Virus record (IMG/VR): IMGVR_UViG_3300032303_002590
Source of the DNA: a virus
Taxonomy: Duplodnaviria; Caudoviricetes
DNA length: 64,000 nt
Strand: one strand, 5' to 3'
In this document: in pieces, positions 1-8,705 of the stretch
How positions within the stretch are numbered: position 1 is the first letter of the stretch
Layout of the letters: every line of letters starts with the position of its first letter
Notes under the pieces: generated by a model
The model's database searches: none
The model's input: the letters and a program-made list of their open reading frames with translations, nothing else
What the model was told of the DNA's origin: nothing
Program-made: the position numbers and the translations under genes

Positions 1-621
1 AAACCTGAAAAGAATATTATGGAGGTAGATGATATTATTCAAATAGTATTAGACAATACCTCATCTCAAAAAATAAAACACGTAGTAATTTCAGGAGGTG
101 AACCCACAATGCAAACTGAAGCATTAGAAGAACTATTAGAGAAATTACAAACTTTAGGGTACCATACCACTATTGAAACAAACGCAACTATTTTTAGTAA
201 TAAGATTGCTGAACATACTGATTTAGTTTCAATGTCTCCTAAACTTTCAACTTCTACACCACATCAAGCTAATCTTGTAGATACAGGTATTGCTTATAAT
301 GAGAAATGGGCTGATAAACATGAGAGATTAAGAATTAATATTCCTGTAATTCAATCTTATATTGACGGAAGTAAAAAGCATTTAACTGACTTTCAATTAA
401 AATTTGTAGTAGCTACAGACCAAGATATTATAGAAATAGAGCAAATATTAAATCAATTAACCGGTTGGGAACCTTCAGACATATGCTTAATGCCCGAAGG
501 AGTAGATGTTAATACTTTAAATAGTAGAACCGGATGGATAGCAGAACAAGCATTGAAAAGAGGTTGGAGATTCGCTCCTAGACTTCATATTATGATGTTT
601 GGTAAAAATAGATTTGTATAA
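1..621 (+). CDS. queE: 7-carboxy-7-deazaguanine synthase QueE-like radical SAM protein (5' truncated by window edge)
   Basis: VVISGGEPTMQ, IETNAT, SMSPKL, LKFVV, MPEG, RLHI motifs; frame open from base 1, so the CxxxCxxC motif lies upstream. Confidence 0.88.
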   Translation, partial: KPEKNIMEVDDIIQIVLDNTSSQKIKHVVISGGEPTMQTEALEELLEKLQTLGYHTTIETNATIFSNKIAEHTDLVSMSPKLSTSTPHQANLVDTGIAYNEKWADKHERLRINIPVIQSYIDGSKKHLTDFQLKFVVATDQDIIEIEQILNQLTGWEPSDICLMPEGVDVNTLNSRTGWIAEQALKRGWRFAPRLHIMMFGKNRFV

Positions 622-636
622 TAAACAATAAAAAAT

Positions 637-1227
637 ATGGAAAATCAAATTACAAAAAAATTCATGGACATTGTAGGTCCAGTTACAGATGAGCGACATG
701 CTTTTGGTAAATACAAACAAGAACCTAACCCAGGGGGTTATAATGTAGTAGCACTAACAGATGAGCAAATACAGCAAGTAGAGCAATTAGTAATAGATCA
801 TTACAAAGTAAAAAAAGTACTTTGGATGGAAATACCAGCAGGATTAACTGAAGATGGTAAACAAGCAATAGTAGCTAAAACACATAAACTAGTAGATTCA
901 GATTATGAAACTTACGAAGGAAAGACAGCATATGTTTATCAAATTATGTTCTCACCTAAAATGTACGATCCTAAAACAATACACTCACCAGTAAAGGATG
1001 GATGTACATTTGGACCACTACTATACAATCCTGAAAATTTTGAACCTTCAAGATCAATCACAATCACATTCAGCCCTACCTATCCACAAGATATAGATAA
1101 CAAAGAAGACCAAGATGAAGTAATGAAACAATCTCTTCATGATAAACTTGAGAAAGTTCTAGCAAATCCAGAAGATTATATGCCGGAAGCTTTTAGGGCA
1201 TGTATGTTAAGATTTGCAGCAAAATAA
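637..1227 (+). CDS. hypothetical protein
   Basis: 196-aa ORF in operon, A-rich leader. Confidence 0.7.
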   Translation: MENQITKKFMDIVGPVTDERHAFGKYKQEPNPGGYNVVALTDEQIQQVEQLVIDHYKVKKVLWMEIPAGLTEDGKQAIVAKTHKLVDSDYETYEGKTAYVYQIMFSPKMYDPKTIHSPVKDGCTFGPLLYNPENFEPSRSITITFSPTYPQDIDNKEDQDEVMKQSLHDKLEKVLANPEDYMPEAFRACMLRFAAK

Positions 1228-1239
1228 AAGAGAGGTGTA

Positions 1240-1443
1240 ATGAAATTAAGAAACTCAGGATTAACAGAATTTGAATTACTCAGTTCACTTTGGTGGTTAT
1301 GGTGTACTCAAAAAATTAGTATAGGTGATGTAAAATTCTTCATACAAGATTTGGATCTTGAACTAGAGTTTATTACATTAAACGGATATAAATTTACAAG
1401 CAAAGATAAAAAAACAACTTATTTTTATGACAGAAAACAATAG
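1240..1443 (+). CDS. hypothetical protein
   Basis: 67-aa ORF filling gap, overlaps folE start. Confidence 0.55.
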   Translation: MKLRNSGLTEFELLSSLWWLWCTQKISIGDVKFFIQDLDLELEFITLNGYKFTSKDKKTTYFYDRKQ

Positions 1444-2125
1444 AAAGAAAGTCCACAAATATTTAGAAATAGTTCCTGTGGGTTATGCAAACGGTGTAGC
1501 ACCAAATTTCCCTTTAGATGATCTTCAAAAACAACGTATGATTGAAGATGCAGCTGAAGCATACGGTCAATTTTTAACAGCATTAGGATGTGATTGGAAA
1601 AACGATCCAAACTCATCTGATACACCAAAACGTGTAGCTAAAGCCTATGTTAATGATTTATGGAAAGGTAGATATACAGAAATGTCTGAAATTACTTCAT
1701 TTCCTTCTGATGGTTACGATGGAATTGTAATTGAAAGAAATATTCCATTAACTTCAATGTGTTCACACCACCACCAAACAATTGGAGGAGTAGTTCATAT
1801 TGGTTATGTAGTAGGTGAAGGAGGTAGAGTAATTGGTTTATCTAAATTAAATAGAATTGTAGAGCATTTTGGAAGAAGAGGTGCTATACAAGAACAATTA
1901 ACTTCAGCCATTCATCAAGCAGTAGACAAAATTTGTGAAAATAATAGAGGTATAATTGTTTCTATTGTTGGTACTCACAACTGTGTATCTTGTAGAGGAG
2001 TTAAACATCAAGGTGCTTCGATGGTTACAACTAAAGCATCAGGTGTATTCATGGATAATAATAATCAAGCTCGTAAAGAGTTCTTCGATTCAATTAAAAT
2101 TAATAACGGAACACACCCAGTATAA
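1427..2125 (+). CDS. folE: GTP cyclohydrolase I
   Basis: DTPKRVAKAY, SMCSHHH, IGLSKLNRIV, IQEQLT, HNCVSCRGV motifs. Confidence 0.95.
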   Translation: MTENNRKKVHKYLEIVPVGYANGVAPNFPLDDLQKQRMIEDAAEAYGQFLTALGCDWKNDPNSSDTPKRVAKAYVNDLWKGRYTEMSEITSFPSDGYDGIVIERNIPLTSMCSHHHQTIGGVVHIGYVVGEGGRVIGLSKLNRIVEHFGRRGAIQEQLTSAIHQAVDKICENNRGIIVSIVGTHNCVSCRGVKHQGASMVTTKASGVFMDNNNQARKEFFDSIKINNGTHPV

Positions 2126-2526
2126 TGGCTTTAAAATTAGATAATAAGATTTATTTAAGTTGGGATGATATTAATGATTTAGTTGATAAATTATGTGAAA
2201 AAATTATCACTGAACAACCAAATATTGATTCAGTATTTGGATTAAAACGCGGCGGGCTTATACCTGCCGTGATGGTGTCGCATAAATTAGATTTACCGTG
2301 GTCTGACGTGATGTATCCTAATACTTTAGTAGTAGATGATATTTGTGATACTGGGGTAACTTTAAAAAATACAATAGGTTGTAATACAGCTGTATTACAT
2401 TATAAACCTCATACTTCCTGTTATAAACCAAATATTTATGCTCAAATACATGAGGGTGATGAATGGTTAATTTACCCTTGGGAAAAACGAGATTCAGAAC
2501 CAATTCAAGATTACTTAAAAAGATAA
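2125..2526 (+). CDS. type I phosphoribosyltransferase (gpt-like)
   Basis: GLKRGGLIPA, LVVDDICDTGVTL PRPP loop, WLIYPWE; TAATG-coupled to folE. Confidence 0.88.
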   Translation: MALKLDNKIYLSWDDINDLVDKLCEKIITEQPNIDSVFGLKRGGLIPAVMVSHKLDLPWSDVMYPNTLVVDDICDTGVTLKNTIGCNTAVLHYKPHTSCYKPNIYAQIHEGDEWLIYPWEKRDSEPIQDYLKR

Positions 2527-2530
2527 AAAC

Positions 2531-2725
2531 ATGACAACTTACGAACAAATTGAACAATCTACAGAAGTTATTACAAATCTAGAAAAAGATATTGCATCTA
2601 TTTCAGATTCTCTTTCAACAACCTCACCAAAAGATTTACCAGAGGTAGAACAAAATTTACAATATTTAAGAGATCTTTTACAAGATTTAAAATTGCAAAA
2701 AGAATTACTAATAACTGAACTATAA
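2531..2725 (+). CDS. hypothetical coiled-coil protein
   Basis: 64-aa ORF, TAATG-coupled to next gene. Confidence 0.6.
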   Translation: MTTYEQIEQSTEVITNLEKDIASISDSLSTTSPKDLPEVEQNLQYLRDLLQDLKLQKELLITEL

Positions 2726-3111
2726 TGAAAGATTTTGATCCTAAAGCTCCTTCAAGAGGGTTAGGTGATACAATTGCTAAATTTACTCATGCTACTGGTA
2801 TAGCTAAAGCTGTAGAAGTTGTAACTGAGATTTTAGGAATTGAAGATTGCGGTTGTGGGGCAAGACAAGAATGGGCAAACGGTTTTGTACCTTACAATGT
2901 GGAAGCTAATTCACCACCACTTTATGATCCACAAAATGCAACACCTGCAGAGGAAGGAATTTATGAAATAATGCATGAGATTCATTCTACTAAAGGAGAA
3001 GTAAAATTTGATCTCTTTCCTGGTGAAAAAGTTTTGATGAACGAAGATCATTTATTATATTCAGACTGGCCATTTTATTTATTAATAGGAGCCGTTAAAA
3101 AAACAATTTAA
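2725..3111 (+). CDS. hypothetical protein (GLGDTIAK..CGC motif)
   Basis: 128-aa ORF with a motif common in phage ORFs. Confidence 0.65.
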   Translation: MKDFDPKAPSRGLGDTIAKFTHATGIAKAVEVVTEILGIEDCGCGARQEWANGFVPYNVEANSPPLYDPQNATPAEEGIYEIMHEIHSTKGEVKFDLFPGEKVLMNEDHLLYSDWPFYLLIGAVKKTI

Positions 3112-3120
3112 AATAAAGTT

Positions 3121-3603
3121 ATGATTACAAATCCAAAAGTTCCCTTTGTAGACGAAGTAGAAGAATTCAATGCCATAATGGGCAAACCAAATAACTATGA
3201 ACCAACTATCCCCGAAAGAAAAGAATGGGAATTTGTATACAATTTCATCCTTGAGGAACTTGAAGAATATAGAGAAGCTTGCGAAGCAGGAGACATCGTT
3301 GAGGTTCTGGATGCTTTGTGCGATATTACTTATGTTGCCACTGGGAACGGTACTATGTTACATGGCCTTAAGGATAAGATATGGCCAGCATATCAAGAAG
3401 TTCAAGCTTCAAATTTATCTAAAGCTTGCAAAACAGAAGAAGACGCTAAAGCAACTGTCATTCAAAGATCGAGTGAACAAGGTGAAGAGTGTCATTACGA
3501 AAAAGTTGGCGAGTATTATATCGTCTATAGAACAAGAGATAGAAAAGTAATGAAAAATATAAATTACTTTAGACCTAATTTAAAACAATTTTTTAACCAA
3601 TAA
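3121..3603 (+). CDS. MazG-like all-alpha NTP pyrophosphohydrolase (PRA-PH/DR2231 family)
   Basis: EELEEY..EVLDALCDITYV..EVQASNLSK. Confidence 0.85.
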   Translation: MITNPKVPFVDEVEEFNAIMGKPNNYEPTIPERKEWEFVYNFILEELEEYREACEAGDIVEVLDALCDITYVATGNGTMLHGLKDKIWPAYQEVQASNLSKACKTEEDAKATVIQRSSEQGEECHYEKVGEYYIVYRTRDRKVMKNINYFRPNLKQFFNQ

Positions 3604-3612
3604 AACCCAATT

Positions 3613-3876
3613 ATGACCGGAATTGAAATTTTTACCCTAGTATTATTAATAATTTTCCTAGCAGCAGGAATAGGTTACAACTATTCAAAATATTATGGAT
3701 CTTTAAAAGACATGGTAGAAGATGTAAAAGACATCGAAGTAAAAGCTGAAGAAGTAGTAAACGAACTTTACAATAAAGACTTGCGCCCAGCCGTTGGAGA
3801 AAAAACAACTGAAGAAGTTGCTAAACCAAAGAAAAAAAGAAAATACTATCCTAAAAAACCAAAAACTAGTATTTAA
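3613..3876 (+). CDS. membrane-anchored hypothetical protein
   Basis: N-terminal hydrophobic helix, Lys-rich C-terminus. Confidence 0.7.
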   Translation: MTGIEIFTLVLLIIFLAAGIGYNYSKYYGSLKDMVEDVKDIEVKAEEVVNELYNKDLRPAVGEKTTEEVAKPKKKRKYYPKKPKTSI

Positions 3877-3896
3877 TAAAACAAAAAAAGGTTATA

Positions 3897-5627
3897 ATGA
3901 GTTATAAAAATATATTTACTACATCATTAGGTAAAAACAGATACAATGTTACCTTATGGACTGATGATGGAGTAGAACAACATGAATTTCAAAATTATGC
4001 CTATGAAGTGTGTAGCCAAAACCAGGCTACACATTTTGGTCTAAACGGAGAACCTCTAAAGAAAACCACATATTGGGATGGAAGTAATCCTTTTATTCAT
4101 TATCATGATATGCCTGTACATCAAAAGTTTTTGATTGACAAGTATGGTATTAATGATGAACCTTCAACTACACACCAAGAAATATTTTTTGATATTGAGA
4201 TTGAAATGGGTGGTGCTCTTACTCCTGAGTACATTAGAAAAGCACCTAAACCTGTTACATCAATTGCTTGGTGGCACAAGCAAGAAGACAAGTGGTACAT
4301 TTTAATTTTAGATAAAGAAAATAAAATAGAAAAAACTACTATAGGTAACAAACAAATTATACCTGTACCTAATGAAAGAGAATTACTAAATAAATGGTTA
4401 AATTATTTAAATAAAGTTAATCCAGATATTCTAATTGGTTATAATAGTGATTACTTCGATATACCTTATCTTTATTACCGAATATTAAATCAGTTAGGTG
4501 AACGTAGAGCTAGTGCTTTATCTTCAATGGGTAAAATTAAAGAACAAAAATTTACTAATGATAGTGGAATTACAATCTATAATGAAGATCAACCTATAAG
4601 AATTGAAGGTATGTACTCTTTAGATTACATTCGTCTTCATAAAAAATACTCATTTTCAGATGAACCATCTTATAAATTGGATGTATTAGGTGAAAAGTAT
4701 TGTAAATTAGGTAAAATTGAATATGAAGGTAGTTTAGATAGATTATTTGAGACTGATAAAGAAAAATTCATTGAATATAACTTTCGTGATGTTGAAATCT
4801 TAAAAGCATTAGACAATAAATTTAACTATATTAGTTTAACTAAAAACTTAGCTCATAAAGGTAAAATCCATTATGATGATGTTTATCAATCATCTAAAAT
4901 CCATGATGGTGCTATTTCAGCCTTCTTATTATCTGAAGATATAGTTCCTCCTTCTAGGGATAGAAATCCAATTAAAAAAGCTAATTATGCTGGTGGTTAT
5001 TTATTTTGCCCTAAAGCAGGTTTATATCGCTATATGTTTGATGAGGATTTAACTTCACTATATCCTTCAATTATTATGTCTTTAAACATTGGGAAGGAAA
5101 CATTAGTAGGTAGAATTATCGATCTAAATGATAGAAATAATCATTTAGGGTTAAATGATTTAATCAACGATACTGAAGATAAACCTCGTACTATGGAATG
5201 GTTTACTAATAAAGATAAGTTTAGTAAAATTGATTGGACTTCTTCAAAAATAGTTAAATTACTTCAGCAATATAATTTGGCTATCTCAGCAAATGGTGTT
5301 ATATTCCGTACAGATAAAGAGTCAGTACTATCAACTATATTAGCAAAATGGTTTGATGAACGTGTTTTATATAAAAACCAAATGAAAGCAGCATATAAAA
5401 AAGGTGATATAGTAAGTGGTGAGAAAGGTCATTTAATGCAATATACAATGAAAATCTTACTGAATTCATTATATGGAGCTACAGCTTTACCTTCATTTAG
5501 ATATGGAAACGTAATATTATCAGAAGCCATCACATTAAGTGGTCAACGCATCATTCAAGAATCAGCACTTTGTGCTAATAGACATATGAATGCAGTAATT
5601 AGAAATCAAATAAAACTAGAGATATAA
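3897..5627 (+). CDS. family B DNA polymerase, N-terminal subunit (3'-5' exonuclease, motifs A and B)
   Basis: FDIEIE, GYNSDYFDIPY, YNFRDV, DLTSLYPSII, KILLNSLYG; lacks motif C. Confidence 0.93.
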   Translation: MSYKNIFTTSLGKNRYNVTLWTDDGVEQHEFQNYAYEVCSQNQATHFGLNGEPLKKTTYWDGSNPFIHYHDMPVHQKFLIDKYGINDEPSTTHQEIFFDIEIEMGGALTPEYIRKAPKPVTSIAWWHKQEDKWYILILDKENKIEKTTIGNKQIIPVPNERELLNKWLNYLNKVNPDILIGYNSDYFDIPYLYYRILNQLGERRASALSSMGKIKEQKFTNDSGITIYNEDQPIRIEGMYSLDYIRLHKKYSFSDEPSYKLDVLGEKYCKLGKIEYEGSLDRLFETDKEKFIEYNFRDVEILKALDNKFNYISLTKNLAHKGKIHYDDVYQSSKIHDGAISAFLLSEDIVPPSRDRNPIKKANYAGGYLFCPKAGLYRYMFDEDLTSLYPSIIMSLNIGKETLVGRIIDLNDRNNHLGLNDLINDTEDKPRTMEWFTNKDKFSKIDWTSSKIVKLLQQYNLAISANGVIFRTDKESVLSTILAKWFDERVLYKNQMKAAYKKGDIVSGEKGHLMQYTMKILLNSLYGATALPSFRYGNVILSEAITLSGQRIIQESALCANRHMNAVIRNQIKLEI

Positions 5628-5890
5628 TGGCGTTAAAAGGACAATCAATTAGAAACGGAGTTACTATCAATGTAAACGGAGTTAAAGCTGAAAAACAATT
5701 AGTTATTAAATTATCGGAAAGTTGGGATGAATCACAAGAGAAATTCTTTAAAAAGATGCTTAAACAAGGAGGTAAATGTAAAGTTAATGGGAATTCTTTT
5801 GAAATACTTCTTAAAGAAAGATCTGATATAGATTCTAAAGGTAACAGACCGATTAATTTACCACCAATCCCAGGAGAAAGAACATTTTAA
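5627..5890 (+). CDS. small basic protein lying between the two polymerase halves
   Basis: 87-aa ORF, TAATG-coupled to upstream half, 1 nt before downstream half. Confidence 0.75.
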   Translation: MALKGQSIRNGVTINVNGVKAEKQLVIKLSESWDESQEKFFKKMLKQGGKCKVNGNSFEILLKERSDIDSKGNRPINLPPIPGERTF

Positions 5891-5891
5891 T

Positions 5892-6827
5892 ATGAAGCAT
5901 TTAGAAGATACACCATGGTGGATTTGTGATGAAGGCGATTTTAATTTTTGCGCTTATGTGGATACAGACTCTAATTATTTCAATGCTGAACCTCTTCTAT
6001 TACATTTATATCCTGATTTTGAAACTAAAACCGATCAAGAAAAAGATGATATACTAGAGAAAGTAGCTCTCAAATATCAAGACATTATAACTGAGTATTA
6101 TGACATTTTAGCTAAAGAAGCATTTAATGTTCCTACTCATAGACTTGAGATGAAAACAGAAGCTGTTATTCGTTCTGCTTATTTCAGAGCAACACGAAGA
6201 TATGCTCAATGGATTACTAAAAAAGAAGGTAGAGCTGTAGAGGAACTTGATATTAAAGGATTAGAATTTAAAAAAGCTAATTTTCCAAAATACTTTGGTA
6301 GATTTTATCAAGAAATTCTTGAATTAATTATTAAAGGTACTCCACAAAGTATTGTAGATAAAAAAATTCATGATTTTAGAGCAGAAGCTACCTCACCTGA
6401 TGTTGACTTTACTTTAATTGGTAACCCAACCTCAGTTAAAGTATTAAATGATTATGTTGAGGCTACTCCTAAACCAGGTAAAATATTATCTACACTTAAA
6501 AAAGGTGCAGGTGCTAATGTTAAAGCCGCTACTTGTTATAATGACTTATTAAGATTTTGGCAATTAGATAGAGATCATAGTCAAATAGTACAAGGTGATA
6601 AAATTAAATGGGTTTACTTAAAAGATAATCCCTATCAAATGGAAGCTATAGCTTTCTTAGAATTTGATTTACCTCAAAAAATGAAAGACTTTATTAATGA
6701 ATACATTGATAGAGGTAAAAGTTTCGAAACCATATTACAAAATAAACTACAAGGATTCTATACAGACTTAGAATGGGTGTTACCACCAGCAAATCCTTTA
6801 ATACATAAATTCTTTACATTCTCATAA
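5892..6827 (+). CDS. family B DNA polymerase, C-terminal subunit (motif C, thumb)
   Basis: YVDTDS motif C, RRYA, DIKGLE, GDKIKWVYL. Confidence 0.92.
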   Translation: MKHLEDTPWWICDEGDFNFCAYVDTDSNYFNAEPLLLHLYPDFETKTDQEKDDILEKVALKYQDIITEYYDILAKEAFNVPTHRLEMKTEAVIRSAYFRATRRYAQWITKKEGRAVEELDIKGLEFKKANFPKYFGRFYQEILELIIKGTPQSIVDKKIHDFRAEATSPDVDFTLIGNPTSVKVLNDYVEATPKPGKILSTLKKGAGANVKAATCYNDLLRFWQLDRDHSQIVQGDKIKWVYLKDNPYQMEAIAFLEFDLPQKMKDFINEYIDRGKSFETILQNKLQGFYTDLEWVLPPANPLIHKFFTFS

Positions 6828-6828
6828 A

Positions 6829-7551
6829 ATGGATAAAACAATATTAGCACAAATAATTGAAAGTTTTTACTTAAACGGACTAACGTCTCAAGTTAAATTT
6901 AAGGTAAAAGACAACGAAGCTCACATTAAATTTGCAGTCGACAATAAGGACTGTATAGGAGAAGTTATAGCGCCTATAACCTTAGAAGATTGCGAGATTG
7001 GTATTTTTAATACTGGACAATTACTTAAATTACTTAATATCACAAATGATTTTATTGAGTTAAAATTAGAAAAACAAAATAACCACTTCTTAAAACTTCA
7101 CATTAGTGATAATCAATTTGATTTATCATATAACTTAAGTGATCTAGGATTAATTCAAGATCCAGGTGTAGTACCTAACTTACCACCTCATGATTTAGAA
7201 TTTGATATTAATTTTGATTTTACTCAAAAATACATTAAAGCTCATAATGCATTAGATAAACCACCTCGTTTTGAAATAGGAATAACAAAGGATTTCCAAA
7301 AAGAAGATGTTGTTAATTTTATGATTGGAGAAAAATCATCTTATTCAAATAAAGTTAATTTCATTGAAACTGGAATTATTACTAATCAAGTTAAACCAGT
7401 AGCATTTAGCGCTAATAATTTTAGAGAAATAGTATCAGTAAATAAAGATGCAGTTGGTAAAGCATATCTTTACAAAGATGGTTTATTAAAAGTTAATTTA
7501 GAAGAAGCAGGTGTAAAAGCTGAATATTTTCTTGTAGCTTTACATGAGTAA
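6829..7551 (+). CDS. sliding clamp (T4 gp45-like)
   Basis: 240 aa, IGIFNTGQLLKLL, beta-rich, between polymerase and clamp loader. Confidence 0.7.
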   Translation: MDKTILAQIIESFYLNGLTSQVKFKVKDNEAHIKFAVDNKDCIGEVIAPITLEDCEIGIFNTGQLLKLLNITNDFIELKLEKQNNHFLKLHISDNQFDLSYNLSDLGLIQDPGVVPNLPPHDLEFDINFDFTQKYIKAHNALDKPPRFEIGITKDFQKEDVVNFMIGEKSSYSNKVNFIETGIITNQVKPVAFSANNFREIVSVNKDAVGKAYLYKDGLLKVNLEEAGVKAEYFLVALHE

Positions 7552-7553
7552 TA

Positions 7554-7561
7554 ATATTTAT
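7554..7561 (+). promoter_or_regulatory. putative late promoter ATATTTAT
   Basis: intergenic copy of the motif found before structural genes. Confidence 0.55.
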
Positions 7562-7567
7562 GACAAA

Positions 7568-8052
7568 TGACCTAAGGGCAATTAATAACGAGTAGCAAAA
7601 GCACTCACAAAACGTAAATCAATATGAGTACAAACTTCAACGAATTTGACATTCTATTCCACAATTTCTTTTACCCAACAAGTGGATTCGGTTCAGCAGC
7701 AACCACAAAACAACCTCACCCTTTAAATATCTTCTATGACGATGATGGACTTCACTTTGAAGTAGCATGTACTGGTCTTGCTAAAGATGATGTAAGTGTA
7801 GATATCGAAGACGATGTCTTAAAAATTAGTTATAATAAACCAGAAGAAGAAAAAGAACTTCACCCTGGAACAATTGTAAGAGGATTATCTAAAAAATCCT
7901 TTAATTTAGGTTATAAAATTTCAGCTAAATATGATTTATCATTAGCGCTAGCAAAACTAGAAAATGGTTTGCTAGAAATTTCTATTCCTATTGCTGAAAA
8001 AGCAAAACCAAAATCAATAAAAATAAAATAATAATCTTACGCCCTTAGGTTA
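7568..8052. repeat. inverted repeat pair flanking hsp20 (ACCTAAGGGC 7570-7579 / GCCCTTAGGT 8041-8050)
   Basis: perfect 10-bp reverse complements, 12 bp with one G-U. Confidence 0.75.
7624..8031 (+). CDS. small heat-shock protein Hsp20
   Basis: HPLNI, EVACTGL, RGLSKKSF, AKLENGLLEISIP alpha-crystallin motifs. Confidence 0.92.
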   Translation: MSTNFNEFDILFHNFFYPTSGFGSAATTKQPHPLNIFYDDDGLHFEVACTGLAKDDVSVDIEDDVLKISYNKPEEEKELHPGTIVRGLSKKSFNLGYKISAKYDLSLALAKLENGLLEISIPIAEKAKPKSIKIK

Positions 8053-8060
8053 AGTTTTAT

Positions 8061-8090
8061 TTGGATCCCCAAAAAATTTTTCGTATATTA
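8061..8090 (+). promoter_or_regulatory. early/host-sigma promoter
   Basis: TTGGAT at 8061, TTCGTATATTA at 8080. Confidence 0.75.
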
Positions 8091-8114
8091 TACGAAACAA
8101 AAAAATTAAAAGTT

Positions 8115-8417
8115 ATGGCAAATGCGAATTTTAAAGGTCGTCAAGTAGGTTCTGTTAAGAAAACATCAACAATTATAGATCCTGCTTTAGGAGACTATAA
8201 AATTATTATTGATGAAGATTCTTTTAACCTTGTTTTTACAGACCCTTCAACACAAAAAGAAAAAATAGTAGGTTATTACACACAATTGAACAATGCTTTA
8301 AAATGTGTAGTTAAAAACCAAACTATAGAGAAAAAACCTGTTTATACTATTAAAGAGTATATATCAGAATTAGAAACAACTTTAACCAATTTAAAAAATT
8401 TAATCAACAATGAGTAA
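8115..8417 (+). CDS. hypothetical protein
   Basis: start moved to ATG 8115 (AAGTTATG leader after promoter). Confidence 0.7.
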   Translation: MANANFKGRQVGSVKKTSTIIDPALGDYKIIIDEDSFNLVFTDPSTQKEKIVGYYTQLNNALKCVVKNQTIEKKPVYTIKEYISELETTLTNLKNLINNE

Positions 8418-8703
8418 ATTAGTACCAAGACTGGGTAGTATTATCCTAAAACAACTTGAAGAAAATGAAATGATGGTAGGTAATATCATTATCCCCGATG
8501 TAGGTCATGAAAAATCCCTTGTAGCTGAAGTTATAGCAGTATCTGATACTTTCAACTGGCATAATGGTGAATTTGTACCAACCGATTTAAAAGTAGGTAT
8601 GAGAGTTACAATTCCACCAATGGGTGCACAAAAATTAACATTAGATAATGTAGATTATTTAATTATTTCACAAGAACAAATTCCAGCAATAATAGAAGAT
8701 TAA
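8410..8703 (+). CDS. groES: co-chaperonin GroES
   Basis: LVPRLGSIIL..GNIIIPD..AEVIAV..LKVG; directly upstream of groEL. Confidence 0.88.
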   Translation: MSKLVPRLGSIILKQLEENEMMVGNIIIPDVGHEKSLVAEVIAVSDTFNWHNGEFVPTDLKVGMRVTIPPMGAQKLTLDNVDYLIISQEQIPAIIED

Positions 8704-8705
8704 TC

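Noticed and set aside
1956-3550. Alternative-frame + strand ORFs 1956-2144 and 3197-3550
   Set aside because: Nested in folE and the MazG-like gene; no independent signal
5600-5920. Intein, group I intron or frameshift explaining the polymerase break
   Set aside because: No Cys..His-Asn intein ends; the gap is fully occupied by a well-formed coupled ORF with no visible intron core
7590-7610. CIRCE/HrcA operator before hsp20 (AGCACTC)
   Set aside because: Half-sites are in the wrong order and spacing for TTAGCACTC-N9-GAGTGCTAA; better read as an RNA hairpin
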